DNA from: a virus
Taxonomy: Duplodnaviria > Caudoviricetes
DNA length: 64,000 nucleotides
Virus record (IMG/VR): IMGVR_UViG_3300035070_003584
Location: 29,032-93,031 of that record
Reading direction: 5' to 3' (one strand)
Both the position numbers and the translations under genes were made by a program. Shown in pieces: positions 37,143-47,246 of this stretch. How positions within the stretch are numbered: position 1 is the first letter of the stretch; each line of letters starts with the position of its first letter. The notes beneath the pieces are model-generated. The model was given only the letters and a program-made list of their open reading frames with translations. It was not told where the DNA came from and did not search any database.

Positions 37143-37885
37143 TGAAAAAGTTTAAACAATTTTCTGAAGAAATGACCTTTAAAGTAGAGGTTGAGGGGTT
37201 ACCTTCACTCTTTATGTCTGGTAATTCTCCTGGGCAAGTGAAAAACCATCTTCGTAAATTGATTAAACAACCTTCAATGATTAAATCTGTGGAACGTCAA
37301 ACAAAACATGATGTAAAGAAAACATATCGCGCCAAAGCTCAAGGTAAAGATATTGATGAAAACCTAAAAATTGAATTAGATGAAATAGCAAAAGATACAA
37401 TAAGCAGATATAAGAAGGCAGCATCAAAAAGTAATTATGCCGCTGCTCAAAAATATGCTCGTGTTGCAGCATCTCCTACATCACGGAAATATAAGAATAA
37501 AGAGATGGATCGTCTAGACAATATCGGCCGTAAACGTAAGGCTGGTCTTGCTATGGCTGACAGAAAAGAATCTTTAGACGAAAGAACCCCAATTCGTCCT
37601 ACTATCCAAGATCCAAAATTAAAAAACTTACGTGTACCCAACCCAAAATATAAAGATGCTATGAAACGTAAGAAAGAGAATGAAAGATCAGCAGACAAGT
37701 TTAGAGAAGATAATGTCAGTGAAAAATTGACCATTGGAAAAATTCGGAGGGCAGCGTATAAAACCGCAAAAGCGTTGGGCGATGTACAAGCAGTCAAAAA
37801 AGGTAAGGTTGCCAGACGCGTAAAGAATCGTGTGGTAGGTAAATTACTCGGTAAAGCAGTAGGTAAATTAGGACTTTTTAAGTAA
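37142..37885 (+). CDS. Basic putative internal protein
   Basis: MKKFKQFSEE; repeated LDE-type junctions. Confidence 0.7.
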   Translation: MKKFKQFSEEMTFKVEVEGLPSLFMSGNSPGQVKNHLRKLIKQPSMIKSVERQTKHDVKKTYRAKAQGKDIDENLKIELDEIAKDTISRYKKAASKSNYAAAQKYARVAASPTSRKYKNKEMDRLDNIGRKRKAGLAMADRKESLDERTPIRPTIQDPKLKNLRVPNPKYKDAMKRKKENERSADKFREDNVSEKLTIGKIRRAAYKTAKALGDVQAVKKGKVARRVKNRVVGKLLGKAVGKLGLFK

Positions 37886-38166
37886 TGGATAAATTTAAAA
37901 CATTTATGGAAAAAGATTCAAAGGGACATTTTCGTCCTACTGAAAAAGGTGCCGGCATGACACAAAAAGGTGTTGATGCATATAATAGAAAAACCGGCGG
38001 CAATCTTAAAACTGCAGTTACTGGTAAAGTAAAGCCTGGAAGTAAAGCAGCTGGTCGTAGGAAATCATATTGTGCTCGTAGTGCAGGCCAAATGAAAATG
38101 TTTCCTAAAGCTGCTAATGATCCAAATAGTAGATTACGTCAAGCTCGTAGAAGATGGAAGTGCTAA
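37885..38166 (+). CDS. Small basic protein
   Basis: RRKSYCARSAG..PNSRLRQARRRWKC. Confidence 0.75.
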   Translation: MDKFKTFMEKDSKGHFRPTEKGAGMTQKGVDAYNRKTGGNLKTAVTGKVKPGSKAAGRRKSYCARSAGQMKMFPKAANDPNSRLRQARRRWKC

Positions 38167-38444
38167 TGGCTGATACAACTAATCATAGACTCGATCGTAT
38201 TGAAGAAAAGATAGATCAATTAGCAACTGCAATGGTATCTATTGCTCGTGCTGAAGAAAAGATTGCTGCTATGCAAGAATTTCAGCAGAATCAAATTGAA
38301 CGTGTAAACAGATTGTCTGTAAAATTAGATGATATCGAGAAAAAGGTGGATGAAAATCATCGTACCGTTTGTCTTATAAATAAACTTGTATATGCCGCTT
38401 TAATCGCAGCGGTTGGAGCGTATGTGGCTCAATATTTTACTTAG
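38166..38444 (+). CDS. Coiled-coil protein with C-terminal TM helix
   Basis: RLDRIEEKIDQL..; hydrophobic C-terminus. Confidence 0.7.
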   Translation: MADTTNHRLDRIEEKIDQLATAMVSIARAEEKIAAMQEFQQNQIERVNRLSVKLDDIEKKVDENHRTVCLINKLVYAALIAAVGAYVAQYFT

Positions 38445-38453
38445 GAGAAGAAA

Positions 38454-39395
38454 ATGGATTTTAATCCTTTCAAGAGTGGTTGGGCCACACAAGAAACGGT
38501 CCAAGAGAATTGTGAAGGCATGATATGTAAATCATGTGGTGATGAATATGGTAAACCTACCAATGAAAAATGTATGTATGATTCAAAGGACCCAAAGGGT
38601 AAAAATTGGATCAAAGCAGAAACAAAGAATGAAGCAATGGATCCTGTAGACAAAAAAGAATTAAAAGGTAAACATGCCGATCGTAAAGATAAAGATCTAG
38701 ATAACGATGGTGATGTTGATTCATCTGACAAATACCTTCACAAACGTAGGAAAGCAATTAGTAAAGCTATGGAAAATACAAATAAAGAAGGTTACTATAA
38801 AGACCTTGAAATTAAAAAGCAGGATAAAGCAATGGGCGCCAAACCAGTTCCTAAAAAGAAAAAGAATGAAGCAAAGGGTGGTGGTAAAGAAGGTGATGTG
38901 TCTATGAATCCTAAAATGGATGATGGTAAAACAGAACAAAAAGAATCACGTATTCGTTCGGCTTTGAAATCTGTTCTTGAGTCAAGAGATAAGCATTATG
39001 AAAAAGCTGGTCCTACCGAAACCATGAAAGATATGCGTAAAGGTAAGGGTGCTGAAGACATGATGAAGGATGCAGATGCAGAGATTGCTAAAGGCCCTGA
39101 TGCTCATTTAAATGAGCCTGAAATTGATGTTAAAAACTTTCAGAACATGACAAAGAATGTTCCAGCAACAAAGTCTCGTACTAATGATAATAAGCAAGGC
39201 GATAAAAAGGTTGTTCCTGGTGGAACTCAATTTAAAGATCCTGCAGCAATGAAACCAGAAGAATCTCTCACAAAAGCAGATGATAAACAATCTGGTGGAT
39301 TTGTGAAAAAAGAATCTGTCTCATTTGCTCAATCAATTCAGAATATGAGAAATGTATATGCTGAAATGAACTCTCCAAAGAACGAAGAGGAATAA
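38454..39395 (+). CDS. Low-complexity Lys/Glu-rich protein with DxDxDG motif
   Basis: DLDNDGDVDSSDKYLHKRRKAI; CxxC. Confidence 0.7.
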   Translation: MDFNPFKSGWATQETVQENCEGMICKSCGDEYGKPTNEKCMYDSKDPKGKNWIKAETKNEAMDPVDKKELKGKHADRKDKDLDNDGDVDSSDKYLHKRRKAISKAMENTNKEGYYKDLEIKKQDKAMGAKPVPKKKKNEAKGGGKEGDVSMNPKMDDGKTEQKESRIRSALKSVLESRDKHYEKAGPTETMKDMRKGKGAEDMMKDADAEIAKGPDAHLNEPEIDVKNFQNMTKNVPATKSRTNDNKQGDKKVVPGGTQFKDPAAMKPEESLTKADDKQSGGFVKKESVSFAQSIQNMRNVYAEMNSPKNEEE

Positions 39396-39397
39396 AA

Positions 39398-39745
39398 ATG
39401 GGATATTTAGATAACGCAATCGCAACCACGCGCGGATGGGTATCACCTAAGGGTGAGTTGTTAAAAGCACAAAAAATGTCAAAGGCAGAAGTTGATGCGC
39501 ATAATGGTGTAAAACCAACACCTGCACCAAAGGCTGCTCCAAAAGTTGATATGTCTGCAGTAATGGAAGAAGCAGAAATGGAAAATGAAATTCAACAATT
39601 AAATGAGGCACCAGTTAATGGTAAATCACTTGAAGAAATGAATAAACTTGAACTTGAGTCAATTGGTCGTCAACATGGTGTAGAACTTGATCGTAGGGAA
39701 AAGAAATCATCATTGTTGAGTCAAGTTAAAGACCTTATGGGTTAA
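39398..39745 (+). CDS. Hypothetical protein with Rho-N/HeH-like C-terminus
   Basis: LEEMNKLELE..GRQHGVELDRR.KK. Confidence 0.65.
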   Translation: MGYLDNAIATTRGWVSPKGELLKAQKMSKAEVDAHNGVKPTPAPKAAPKVDMSAVMEEAEMENEIQQLNEAPVNGKSLEEMNKLELESIGRQHGVELDRREKKSSLLSQVKDLMG

Positions 39746-39760
39746 TAATATATAACCTTT

Positions 39761-40126
39761 ATGATGAACAATATTTTAACTGATGATACGCTATTTCTCT
39801 ATGCGGCAAAGCATTATTATAAACCTCAATTTTCTGATATAGAAGAATTTTTTGAGGACTTGAAAAGATTTAAGTATATTAAGCGATTGGTGAATAGATA
39901 TTTAGAAACAGATACCTTTCCTGATCGCTTATTACTTAATCATGTTATAATTATTTTTAATGTTTTTGGTGTAGAAGCTACATTAAAGATTTTAGAATTG
40001 AGATTAGAAGATAGACATTGGCCTGTGATTAAACCAATTTTGTTATATTTAAATTATATTAAAAATGATCAATACACTGGAATTGTAATGGATCCATATG
40101 TAGTAGATTTTTTGAGGAAACTTTAA
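39761..40126 (+). CDS. Conserved T4-like hypothetical protein
   Basis: YAAKHY..EEF.EDLKRFKYIKRL..RLLLNH.II.FNVFG. Confidence 0.75.
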   Translation: MMNNILTDDTLFLYAAKHYYKPQFSDIEEFFEDLKRFKYIKRLVNRYLETDTFPDRLLLNHVIIIFNVFGVEATLKILELRLEDRHWPVIKPILLYLNYIKNDQYTGIVMDPYVVDFLRKL

Positions 40127-40713
40127 TGGGGTTAGTAAAACGAGCTGCCGATCTGGCATATACCTTTAGATTCATACGTATGCTCGTATTAGACTGGAAG
40201 GAATGGGATGCTTTTAAACTTGGCATTATTGATGCAGAAGGTAAAAGAGATAGAAATACCAAACTTGACAGTGATGAGAAAAAATCGGCCTATACTCCAT
40301 TTATTCGGTTATGTGCCAACATTAAGAGACTTGTTGCGAATTTACCTGGTGGTAGCAGTAAGCTTGGCAGTTTTGCATCTGCTTTGTATCTCATTAAAGA
40401 GCATTATGGCCTAAAGGATAATCAAATAGAAAGTATTACAAAGAAATTTGGATTGGATACTATAGATTTTATTTTAGAAGGTAATGATTGGATTCTATTA
40501 GATGATGGTTCTATTGGGCCTGGTGTGTATAGAATTAAAGAAAATAAGCTTTTGAGTAAAACACTAGATGAAATGGCTTGGGCCAAAGATCAGATAAGAA
40601 TTAGTGAAAATTGTTATCCAGTTGGTGATGTTTTTGGAATTCCAATTTACGAGGCAACTCACATGAAAACTAATCAGAAGATTCATGTAACTATAAACGA
40701 GATTTACAAATGA
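40126..40713 (+). CDS. Conserved T4-like hypothetical protein
   Basis: FRFIRML..W.AFKLGIID..G; AYT.F.RL..NIKRL; ALYLIKE. Confidence 0.72.
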   Translation: MGLVKRAADLAYTFRFIRMLVLDWKEWDAFKLGIIDAEGKRDRNTKLDSDEKKSAYTPFIRLCANIKRLVANLPGGSSKLGSFASALYLIKEHYGLKDNQIESITKKFGLDTIDFILEGNDWILLDDGSIGPGVYRIKENKLLSKTLDEMAWAKDQIRISENCYPVGDVFGIPIYEATHMKTNQKIHVTINEIYK

Positions 40714-42089
40714 GTAAAATTAGAGATATTACCAAATTCCTCAGCTTAACTGCAGCAGAGAATCCAACAAACCAACCATTGGCGCCAACAGATGCTGCTC
40801 TCGACTCAGCCGAAGCATTGGCATTGATTACCGGTGGTAATGCAATTACAATTACATCTGGTGTTGTTAATCATGATGACACTTCATCACAATCCTCAGT
40901 CAACAACTCTGGATCAAACTTTATTCAAGATATTACACTTGACACCTACGGCCATGTGACTGCAATTACATCTGCAGAAGCAGGTGGTGGTGGTGGTCTA
41001 GGAGATTATGGGGCAGCAAACTCTACAGGCACTGCTGCATCTGCTACAGGTACAGACGCTATTGCAATCGGTGAAGGGGCGGCAGCTGGTGGATCAGATG
41101 GCATTGCAATTGGTTCAGGCGCATATGCGCATAATCAACAGGATAATATTTCAATTGGCAAAAACACAATGTCTGGTAATACAGGATCGTTAAATGTTGC
41201 AATTGGAAGAGAAGCCGCTAGGAACTCAGGCAGTGCAAATTCATCTGTATACGTGGGGCATTGGTCTGGTGATGGATCAAACGGGCACTCAAGCACTTTT
41301 ATAGGTTATGCTGCTGGCAATAACGTAGACAATTACGGTAATACCGCAATTGGATACCAAGCCATGCAAAACAACACCACCGGCGGAATACTAAACACTG
41401 CAGTTGGTCATAAGGCTGGGTTTGATATATCAAGTGGCAATTGGAATACTTGTATTGGAACCAGCGCTGGGTGGAATATAACTACTGGAAATAATAACGT
41501 TATTGTTGGCCAAGGTGCCGGACAGGCGTTGACAAGCGGTGGCGCTAACACAATGATTGGTGCAAACGCCGGTATCAATTCTACTGGCGAGTATCACGTT
41601 ATGGTTGGGTTCAGTAGTGAACCTTCTACTAACACTACTTCATATGAAGTAGTAGTTGGTTACAATTTGACTGGTAAGGGTCAAGGTCGCGGTTATTACG
41701 GCGGCGTTAACGGAGTATATAATGAAGCAAACAGCTCCACTTGGACTACAACATCTGATGAGCGTATCAAGACAAACATTACAGATTATACCCTTGGGTT
41801 AGACACTCTTGGTCAAGTAAATGTAAAGACATATAATTACCTTTCTGATTCAGCAATTGCTGCAGCACATCCTGAACTTGCAGATAGCGATGGTTTGGTA
41901 AAAGAGAGACTCAATACAGAAAAAACTGTTGTTGGTATTATGGCCCAGGAACTTGAAGCAGTATTACCAAATTCGGTTGAAACTCGCGACAACGGTATCA
42001 AGTCTGTCAATAAGGATGAATTGTTCTGGGTGATGCTTAATTCAATCAAAGAACTCAAAGCAAGGGTGGAAGCACTGGAGAATGCATAA
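40710..42089 (+). CDS. Tail fibre/spike with Gly-rich beta-helix repeats and C-terminal intramolecular chaperone (peptidase S74)
   Basis: Repeated N.AIG..A units; SDERIKTNI, GIMAQELE...P..V, IKELKARVEALE. Confidence 0.88.
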   Translation: MSKIRDITKFLSLTAAENPTNQPLAPTDAALDSAEALALITGGNAITITSGVVNHDDTSSQSSVNNSGSNFIQDITLDTYGHVTAITSAEAGGGGGLGDYGAANSTGTAASATGTDAIAIGEGAAAGGSDGIAIGSGAYAHNQQDNISIGKNTMSGNTGSLNVAIGREAARNSGSANSSVYVGHWSGDGSNGHSSTFIGYAAGNNVDNYGNTAIGYQAMQNNTTGGILNTAVGHKAGFDISSGNWNTCIGTSAGWNITTGNNNVIVGQGAGQALTSGGANTMIGANAGINSTGEYHVMVGFSSEPSTNTTSYEVVVGYNLTGKGQGRGYYGGVNGVYNEANSSTWTTTSDERIKTNITDYTLGLDTLGQVNVKTYNYLSDSAIAAAHPELADSDGLVKERLNTEKTVVGIMAQELEAVLPNSVETRDNGIKSVNKDELFWVMLNSIKELKARVEALENA

Positions 42090-42268
42090 TGAGTAAAATA
42101 AAAGAAGATGCACCAACAGTAAACACTTCAGCAATTCCAGATCCAAAGACAACTGCGCAGGGTCCTAGGTTTAAACCAAAAACTATTCACGATCGCCGTA
42201 AGAAAAAGGGTACTCCTCTTTTGTTAAAAAGATTTAGAGATTACTATAACGATAAAGGTATAGGGTAA
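42089..42268 (+). CDS. Small basic protein (59 aa)
   Basis: TAATG coupling at both ends; MSKIKEDAPTVNT..DRRKKKG. Confidence 0.65.
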   Translation: MSKIKEDAPTVNTSAIPDPKTTAQGPRFKPKTIHDRRKKKGTPLLLKRFRDYYNDKGIG

Positions 42269-44025
42269 TGGCAAGTGTAAATAGAGATATTGCAAAGATT
42301 CTAGGTAGAACCGAAGCAGTAAATACAGATAATGTTGCACTTGGTAGTGGTTCAGGTTTGACTGTATATGCCACACCAAATTTATTACCAACATCAGGAT
42401 TTGCAGCAGGTGACCAAGCATTTGTAACCAGCAATAACAGAATCTACATTTCGAATGGTTCTGGTTGGTACAATGTTGCCTTAATTAATTCCACGCCGAC
42501 ATTTACGAGTGGGCCTGCAGGATCTTATGCACTAGCAACTGACCTAACACCAACAGTTATTACTCTAGTTGCGCAAGATAGCGATGGACAGGCGGTAACA
42601 TATTCCGGAACTCCAAGTGGAATGGATGGTATTGCTACATTAAGTCAGGATTCGAGTGTATTTACTGTCACACCGCTTACAGATAGTGCTGGCGGTAATA
42701 TCGGATCATTCACAATTACCTTCCAAGCAACTGATGGTATCGGTATTGCATCTGCGCTATCTACATTTACTTTATCATTTGGTCCTGATTGGTCTGCAAC
42801 ACCCACTGAAAGTATTCTCAGAGCATCAGATGCACAAGCGGATGATTGGTTTGCATGGCAAGTAGCAATAAGTGCCGATGGAAATTACGCTATTGTTGGT
42901 GCACGATATGAAGACACAGGTGGATCTAATGCTGGTGCAGCGTACATCTTTACAAGATCTGGATCAACTTGGTCACAGCAACAAAAAATAACTGCATCAG
43001 ATGCACAAGCGGATGATTATTTTGGTTATTCAGTATCCATAAATTCTGATGCTACTTATGCTATTGTTGGGGCATATGGTGAAGACACAGGTGGAACTGA
43101 TGCAGGTGCAGCGTATATCTTTACACGATCAGGATCCACTTGGACACAGCAACAAAAAATAGTATCATCTGATATACAAGAAGGTGATTATTTTGGATTT
43201 TCAGTCTCAATCAATTCTGATGCTACTTATGCAATCTGCGGCGCAGAATATGAAGACACAGGTGGATCTAATGCTGGTGCTGCTTATGTCTTTACAAGAT
43301 CCGGGTCTACTTGGACACAACAGGCAAAAATAACTGCATCAGATGCACAAGCATCAGATTTTTTTGGTTATTCAGTATCCATAAATTCTGATGCTACTTA
43401 TGCTATTGTTGGTGCTCGTCAAGAAGATGGTGGAGCAGGTGATCCATTAACTGATGCTGGTGCTGCTTATGTCTTTACAAGATCGGGTTCTACTTGGACA
43501 CAACAAGCTAAATTAGTTTCATCAGATGCACAAGCAAGTGATTATTTTGGTTTAAACGTATCAATAAATTCTGATGGCACATATGCTATTGTTGCCGCAT
43601 ATGGTGAAGGTGATCCATTATATCGATCAGGCGCGGCATATATCTTTACACGATCTGGATCCTCTTGGTCGCAGCAACAAAAGATAGTATCATCAGATTT
43701 ACAAGCATCAGATTATTTTGGTTATGACGTATCAATAAATTCTGATGCAACAATAGCTATTGTTAGTGCATTGTTCGAAGATGGTGGATCTGGTGATCCA
43801 TTTAGTAATGCTGGTGCAGCATACATCTTTACTAGATCAGGTTCCACTTGGACAGAAGTTAAAAAACTAACTGCATCAGATGCACAAGCATCAGATCTTT
43901 TTGGTCAATCGGTATCAATAAGTTCTGATGGATCTTATGCTATTGTTGGTGCAAGGGGTGAAGACGGGGGCGCTGGTGATCCATTATCTGCTGCTGGTGC
44001 AGCATACATCTATGAAGCAGGTTAA
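42268..44025 (+). CDS. FG-GAP/integrin-like beta-propeller virion protein
   Basis: Seven repeats of ASDAQA.D.FG.SVSI.SD..YAIVGA..ED....AGAAYIFTRSGSTW. Confidence 0.88.
   Translation: MASVNRDIAKILGRTEAVNTDNVALGSGSGLTVYATPNLLPTSGFAAGDQAFVTSNNRIYISNGSGWYNVALINSTPTFTSGPAGSYALATDLTPTVITLVAQDSDGQAVTYSGTPSGMDGIATLSQDSSVFTVTPLTDSAGGNIGSFTITFQATDGIGIASALSTFTLSFGPDWSATPTESILRASDAQADDWFAWQVAISADGNYAIVGARYEDTGGSNAGAAYIFTRSGSTWSQQQKITASDAQADDYFGYSVSINSDATYAIVGAYGEDTGGTDAGAAYIFTRSGSTWTQQQKIVSSDIQEGDYFGFSVSINSDATYAICGAEYEDTGGSNAGAAYVFTRSGSTWTQQAKITASDAQASDFFGYSVSINSDATYAIVGARQEDGGAGDPLTDAGAAYVFTRSGSTWTQQAKLVSSDAQASDYFGLNVSINSDGTYAIVAAYGEGDPLYRSGAAYIFTRSGSSWSQQQKIVSSDLQASDYFGYDVSINSDATIAIVSALFEDGGSGDPFSNAGAAYIFTRSGSTWTEVKKLTASDAQASDLFGQSVSISSDGSYAIVGARGEDGGAGDPLSAAGAAYIYEAG
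42820..44020 (+). repeat. Intragenic tandem repeats (about 170-185 bp units) encoding propeller blades; ends approximate
   Basis: Recurrent GCATCAGATGCACAAGC and AATTCTGATGCTACTTATGC blocks. Confidence 0.85.
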
Positions 44026-44027
44026 TT

Positions 44028-44414
44028 ATGATTAAACTTTATATTGCGATCTTTATTGTTTCTCTCCTTGCTGGTTTCGGATATAGTGCCAAATACTATT
44101 ACGACACTACACAGAATACTATTGCTACACTACGAGAAAATAATGTAAAACTTGAAACTGCAGTCCAAGCAAAAGATGCAGCAATTAATCAACTTGAGAC
44201 TGATGCAAAAGTACAGGCTCAACTCAATAGTAAACTCACAAAAGATTTACAGAAATCAGAAGCATACAGAGATACATTAACTGCCAAATTGGCAAAGCAT
44301 AATCTCACACGCGACAGCTTGATGAAACCTGGTCTAGTTGAAAAGGTAATTAACAATGCTACTAAGAATGTCTTTAATGATTTTAGGGATATCACTGCTC
44401 ACAGCGTGCAGTAG
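44028..44414 (+). CDS. Inner-membrane spanin (Rz-like)
   Basis: N-terminal TM, long coiled coil, overlaps a lipoprotein gene. Confidence 0.75.
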   Translation: MIKLYIAIFIVSLLAGFGYSAKYYYDTTQNTIATLRENNVKLETAVQAKDAAINQLETDAKVQAQLNSKLTKDLQKSEAYRDTLTAKLAKHNLTRDSLMKPGLVEKVINNATKNVFNDFRDITAHSVQ

Positions 44415-44730
44415 TTATAAACCTGAAAAAGAAATTGTAACTGTAGAAAAGATCATCAAACCACAGATTCAAGTGGTTGAGAGACCTAAACCAGTACAGA
44501 TGAACGACATCAAGTTCTATGTCGTCACAGAACAAAATCTTGATGCATTTATTGAACGATTCGGCAAAGAGAATGGAGAGATTGTCTTTTATTCTATTTC
44601 TGTCCGTGACTATGAGAACATGGCAGTAAACTTAGGTGAATTAAGAAGATACATAGAACAACAGAATAGTGTTATCTTATATTATGAAACCGCTGTTAAT
44701 CCACCAATCGAAGAAAAACCGGTGGAATAG
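44356..44730 (+). CDS. Outer-membrane spanin lipoprotein (Rz1-like)
   Basis: Lipobox LLTAC; Pro-rich stretch; overlap with i-spanin. Confidence 0.75.
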   Translation: MLLRMSLMILGISLLTACSSYKPEKEIVTVEKIIKPQIQVVERPKPVQMNDIKFYVVTEQNLDAFIERFGKENGEIVFYSISVRDYENMAVNLGELRRYIEQQNSVILYYETAVNPPIEEKPVE

Positions 44731-44812
44731 AAAACAGAAAAAAAGTTATCCTAAAATAGTTTTTACCAAAAAATATTTTTAATAAAAGGCGACCTAGAAC
44801 GTAAACTAATGG

Positions 44813-44841
44813 TTTACAAAGGTTGCCTTTTGATATATAAT
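44813..44841 (+). promoter_or_regulatory. Early promoter for the ribonucleotide reductase
   Basis: TTTACA-N17-TATAAT. Confidence 0.7.
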
Positions 44842-44881
44842 AGTACCAGAATAAAAAAATCAAAACAATCGAGGTAACATA

Positions 44882-47101
44882 ATGGCTACACCAAATGTAG
44901 ACACGAGGGCATTTTTGTCTCAAACGAAATTTTACGAAGGCTATTCCCGCTTTAAAGAGACCGGAAATGGCGGTTATGAATCATGGGATGAAGCTGTTGA
45001 TCGTGTAATTGAAATGCACGAAAATAATTATGCAGATAATGAAAAGGATCTTAGACCATTTATTGAAGAAGCTCGTACAGCTTATAAAGAGCAGCGTGTA
45101 CTTGGAGCTCAACGTGCACTACAGTTTGGTGGTGATTCACTATTGAAACATCAGATGAGAATGTATAATTGTACTTCATCATATGCAGATCGTCCTGCAT
45201 TCTTTGGTGAATTTTTCTATATTCTATTGTGTGGTGCAGGTGCAGGTTTCTCTGTGCAAGAACATCACATTTCAAAACTTCCACAAGTACAACAAAGAAC
45301 CAAACAAGCCAAAGGTCACGTTGTAGAAGACTCAATTGAAGGTTGGGCCACTGCACTTGATGTTCTTATGGCATCATATTTTGTTGGTGGTGGTAAATAT
45401 CCAGAATACGAAGGACGTAGAGTATTCTTTGATCTAACACAAATTCGTCCAAAAGGTGCTAAAATCTCTGGTGGATTTAAGGCTCCTGGTCCAGAAGGTC
45501 TTCGTAAATCACTTGATAAGATTGAATTGATCCTACAGAGTCTTGTTATTGATTCAAAAGAGCCGGTTGAAATTCGTCCTATTACTGTGTATGATATTTG
45601 TATGCATGCGGCTGATGCAGTCCTTTCAGGTGGTGTTCGCCGTTCTGCAACCATCTGTCTCTTTTCACCAGAAGATGATGAGATGATGAATGCAAAAACT
45701 GGTAATTGGTTTATGGATAACCCACAGCGTGGACGTAGTAACAACTCCGCAGTGATTGTCCGCGATGAAGCAACACCAGAAATGTTTGCAAAGATTATGG
45801 AATCTGTAAAATCATTTGGTGAGCCAGGATTCTATTTTACAACATCAAAGGAACATACTACTAATCCTTGTGTAGAGATTGGTATGTTTCCACAGTATAA
45901 TGGTGAATCAGGTTGGCAAGGTTGTAACCTAACAGAAATCAATGGTGGTATGTGTAAGACCGAAGAAGATTTCTATAAAGCATGTAGAGCAGGTGCTATT
46001 CTTGGTACACTACAAGCTGGTTACACAGACTTTAAATTCCTTTCACCAGTATCAAAACAAATTTTCGACCGTGAAGCATTGTTGGGTGTATCAATCACAG
46101 GATGGATGAATAATCCTGATGTACTTTTTAATGAGAAAATCTTAGAAAAAGGTGCAAAGATTGTTAAAGACATCAATAAAAAAGTTGCTGCAATCATTGG
46201 GATTAATGCTGCTGCTCGGACTACTTGTGTTAAACCATCTGGCAATGCTTCAGTCCTACTCCAAACCGCCAGTGGAATTCACGCAGAACATTCACCAAAA
46301 TATATTCGCAACATTCAAATGAATAAAGAATCTGAAATTACACAGGCGATTATTAAATCAAATCCATATATGGTTGAAGAATCAGTATGGTCTGCCAATG
46401 GTACAGATGTTGTAATTTCATATCCTATTATTCCAAATAAAGGTTCAATGTATAAGGATGATTTGCTTGGTGTAAAACATCTTGAACTAGTTAAGACTGC
46501 CCAAAAACATTGGGTAATTGCTGGTACCAATGAAGATCTTTGTGCAGATAAGGGTATCCGTCACAATGTATCAAATACCATTATTGTTGATGATTGGGAT
46601 GAAGTAGAGAAGTATGTATTTGAGAATCGTTATTCATTCTCTGGTATCTCTTTCCTATCTATGTCTGGTGATAAAGATTATAATCAGGCACCAAATACTG
46701 CAGTCATTGATGAAAAAGAAATGGTGAAAAAATATGGTGCAGCATCTATCTTTGCATCAGGTCTTGTTGTAGATGCATTGAAAGTATTCCCTAACTTATG
46801 GGATGCTTGTTCTACTGCACAAGGTTTTGGTATGGATATTAGTTTGGAATCATCAGAAAATTCTGCCAGACAGGATTGGGTACGCCGATTTGAAAACTTT
46901 GCTACTAGTTACCTTAAGGGTGATATTAAGAAAACAGAGCATTGTTTAAAGGATGCATATCTATTCCACAAATGGAATAAAATTCAACAACATTTACAGC
47001 TTCCTAATTGGAATGAAGATCTCACAGAACAAGTATTTACCGATGTGGATACTATGGCTGCAGCGGCATGTGCTGGTGGAGCATGTGAAATTGATTTCTA
47101 G
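44882..47101 (+). CDS. nrdJ: Class II (adenosylcobalamin-dependent) ribonucleotide reductase
   Basis: MYNC, GGVRRSA, TNPCVEI, CNLTEIN, TCVKPSG, C-terminal CAGGACE; no small subunit adjacent. Confidence 0.88.
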   Translation: MATPNVDTRAFLSQTKFYEGYSRFKETGNGGYESWDEAVDRVIEMHENNYADNEKDLRPFIEEARTAYKEQRVLGAQRALQFGGDSLLKHQMRMYNCTSSYADRPAFFGEFFYILLCGAGAGFSVQEHHISKLPQVQQRTKQAKGHVVEDSIEGWATALDVLMASYFVGGGKYPEYEGRRVFFDLTQIRPKGAKISGGFKAPGPEGLRKSLDKIELILQSLVIDSKEPVEIRPITVYDICMHAADAVLSGGVRRSATICLFSPEDDEMMNAKTGNWFMDNPQRGRSNNSAVIVRDEATPEMFAKIMESVKSFGEPGFYFTTSKEHTTNPCVEIGMFPQYNGESGWQGCNLTEINGGMCKTEEDFYKACRAGAILGTLQAGYTDFKFLSPVSKQIFDREALLGVSITGWMNNPDVLFNEKILEKGAKIVKDINKKVAAIIGINAAARTTCVKPSGNASVLLQTASGIHAEHSPKYIRNIQMNKESEITQAIIKSNPYMVEESVWSANGTDVVISYPIIPNKGSMYKDDLLGVKHLELVKTAQKHWVIAGTNEDLCADKGIRHNVSNTIIVDDWDEVEKYVFENRYSFSGISFLSMSGDKDYNQAPNTAVIDEKEMVKKYGAASIFASGLVVDALKVFPNLWDACSTAQGFGMDISLESSENSARQDWVRRFENFATSYLKGDIKKTEHCLKDAYLFHKWNKIQQHLQLPNWNEDLTEQVFTDVDTMAAAACAGGACEIDF

Positions 47102-47246
47102 TCCTTGTGTAAAAATTTGCACTTTGATAGATAATATTTGTATAGGATGCGGTAGATCACCCTCGGAAATTAGAGAGTGGTTTACTGCATCCGATGCACG
47201 TAAAGAAGAAATAAGGAAAATCAGTGGAAAACGAATTCAGAATTGA
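47085..47246 (+). CDS. DUF1289-like Cys-rich protein
   Basis: SPCVKICTL..ICIGCGRS..EI..W; GTG start inferred. Confidence 0.75.
   Translation: MKLISSPCVKICTLIDNICIGCGRSPSEIREWFTASDARKEEIRKISGKRIQN

Noticed and set aside
42820-44020. Diversity-generating retroelement template/variable repeats
   Set aside because: Repeats are in-frame propeller blades, differences do not look adenine-specific, and there is no RT.
45060-46530. Antisense and alternate-frame ORFs inside nrdJ and other long genes
   Set aside because: Shadow ORFs with no SD or recognisable motifs.
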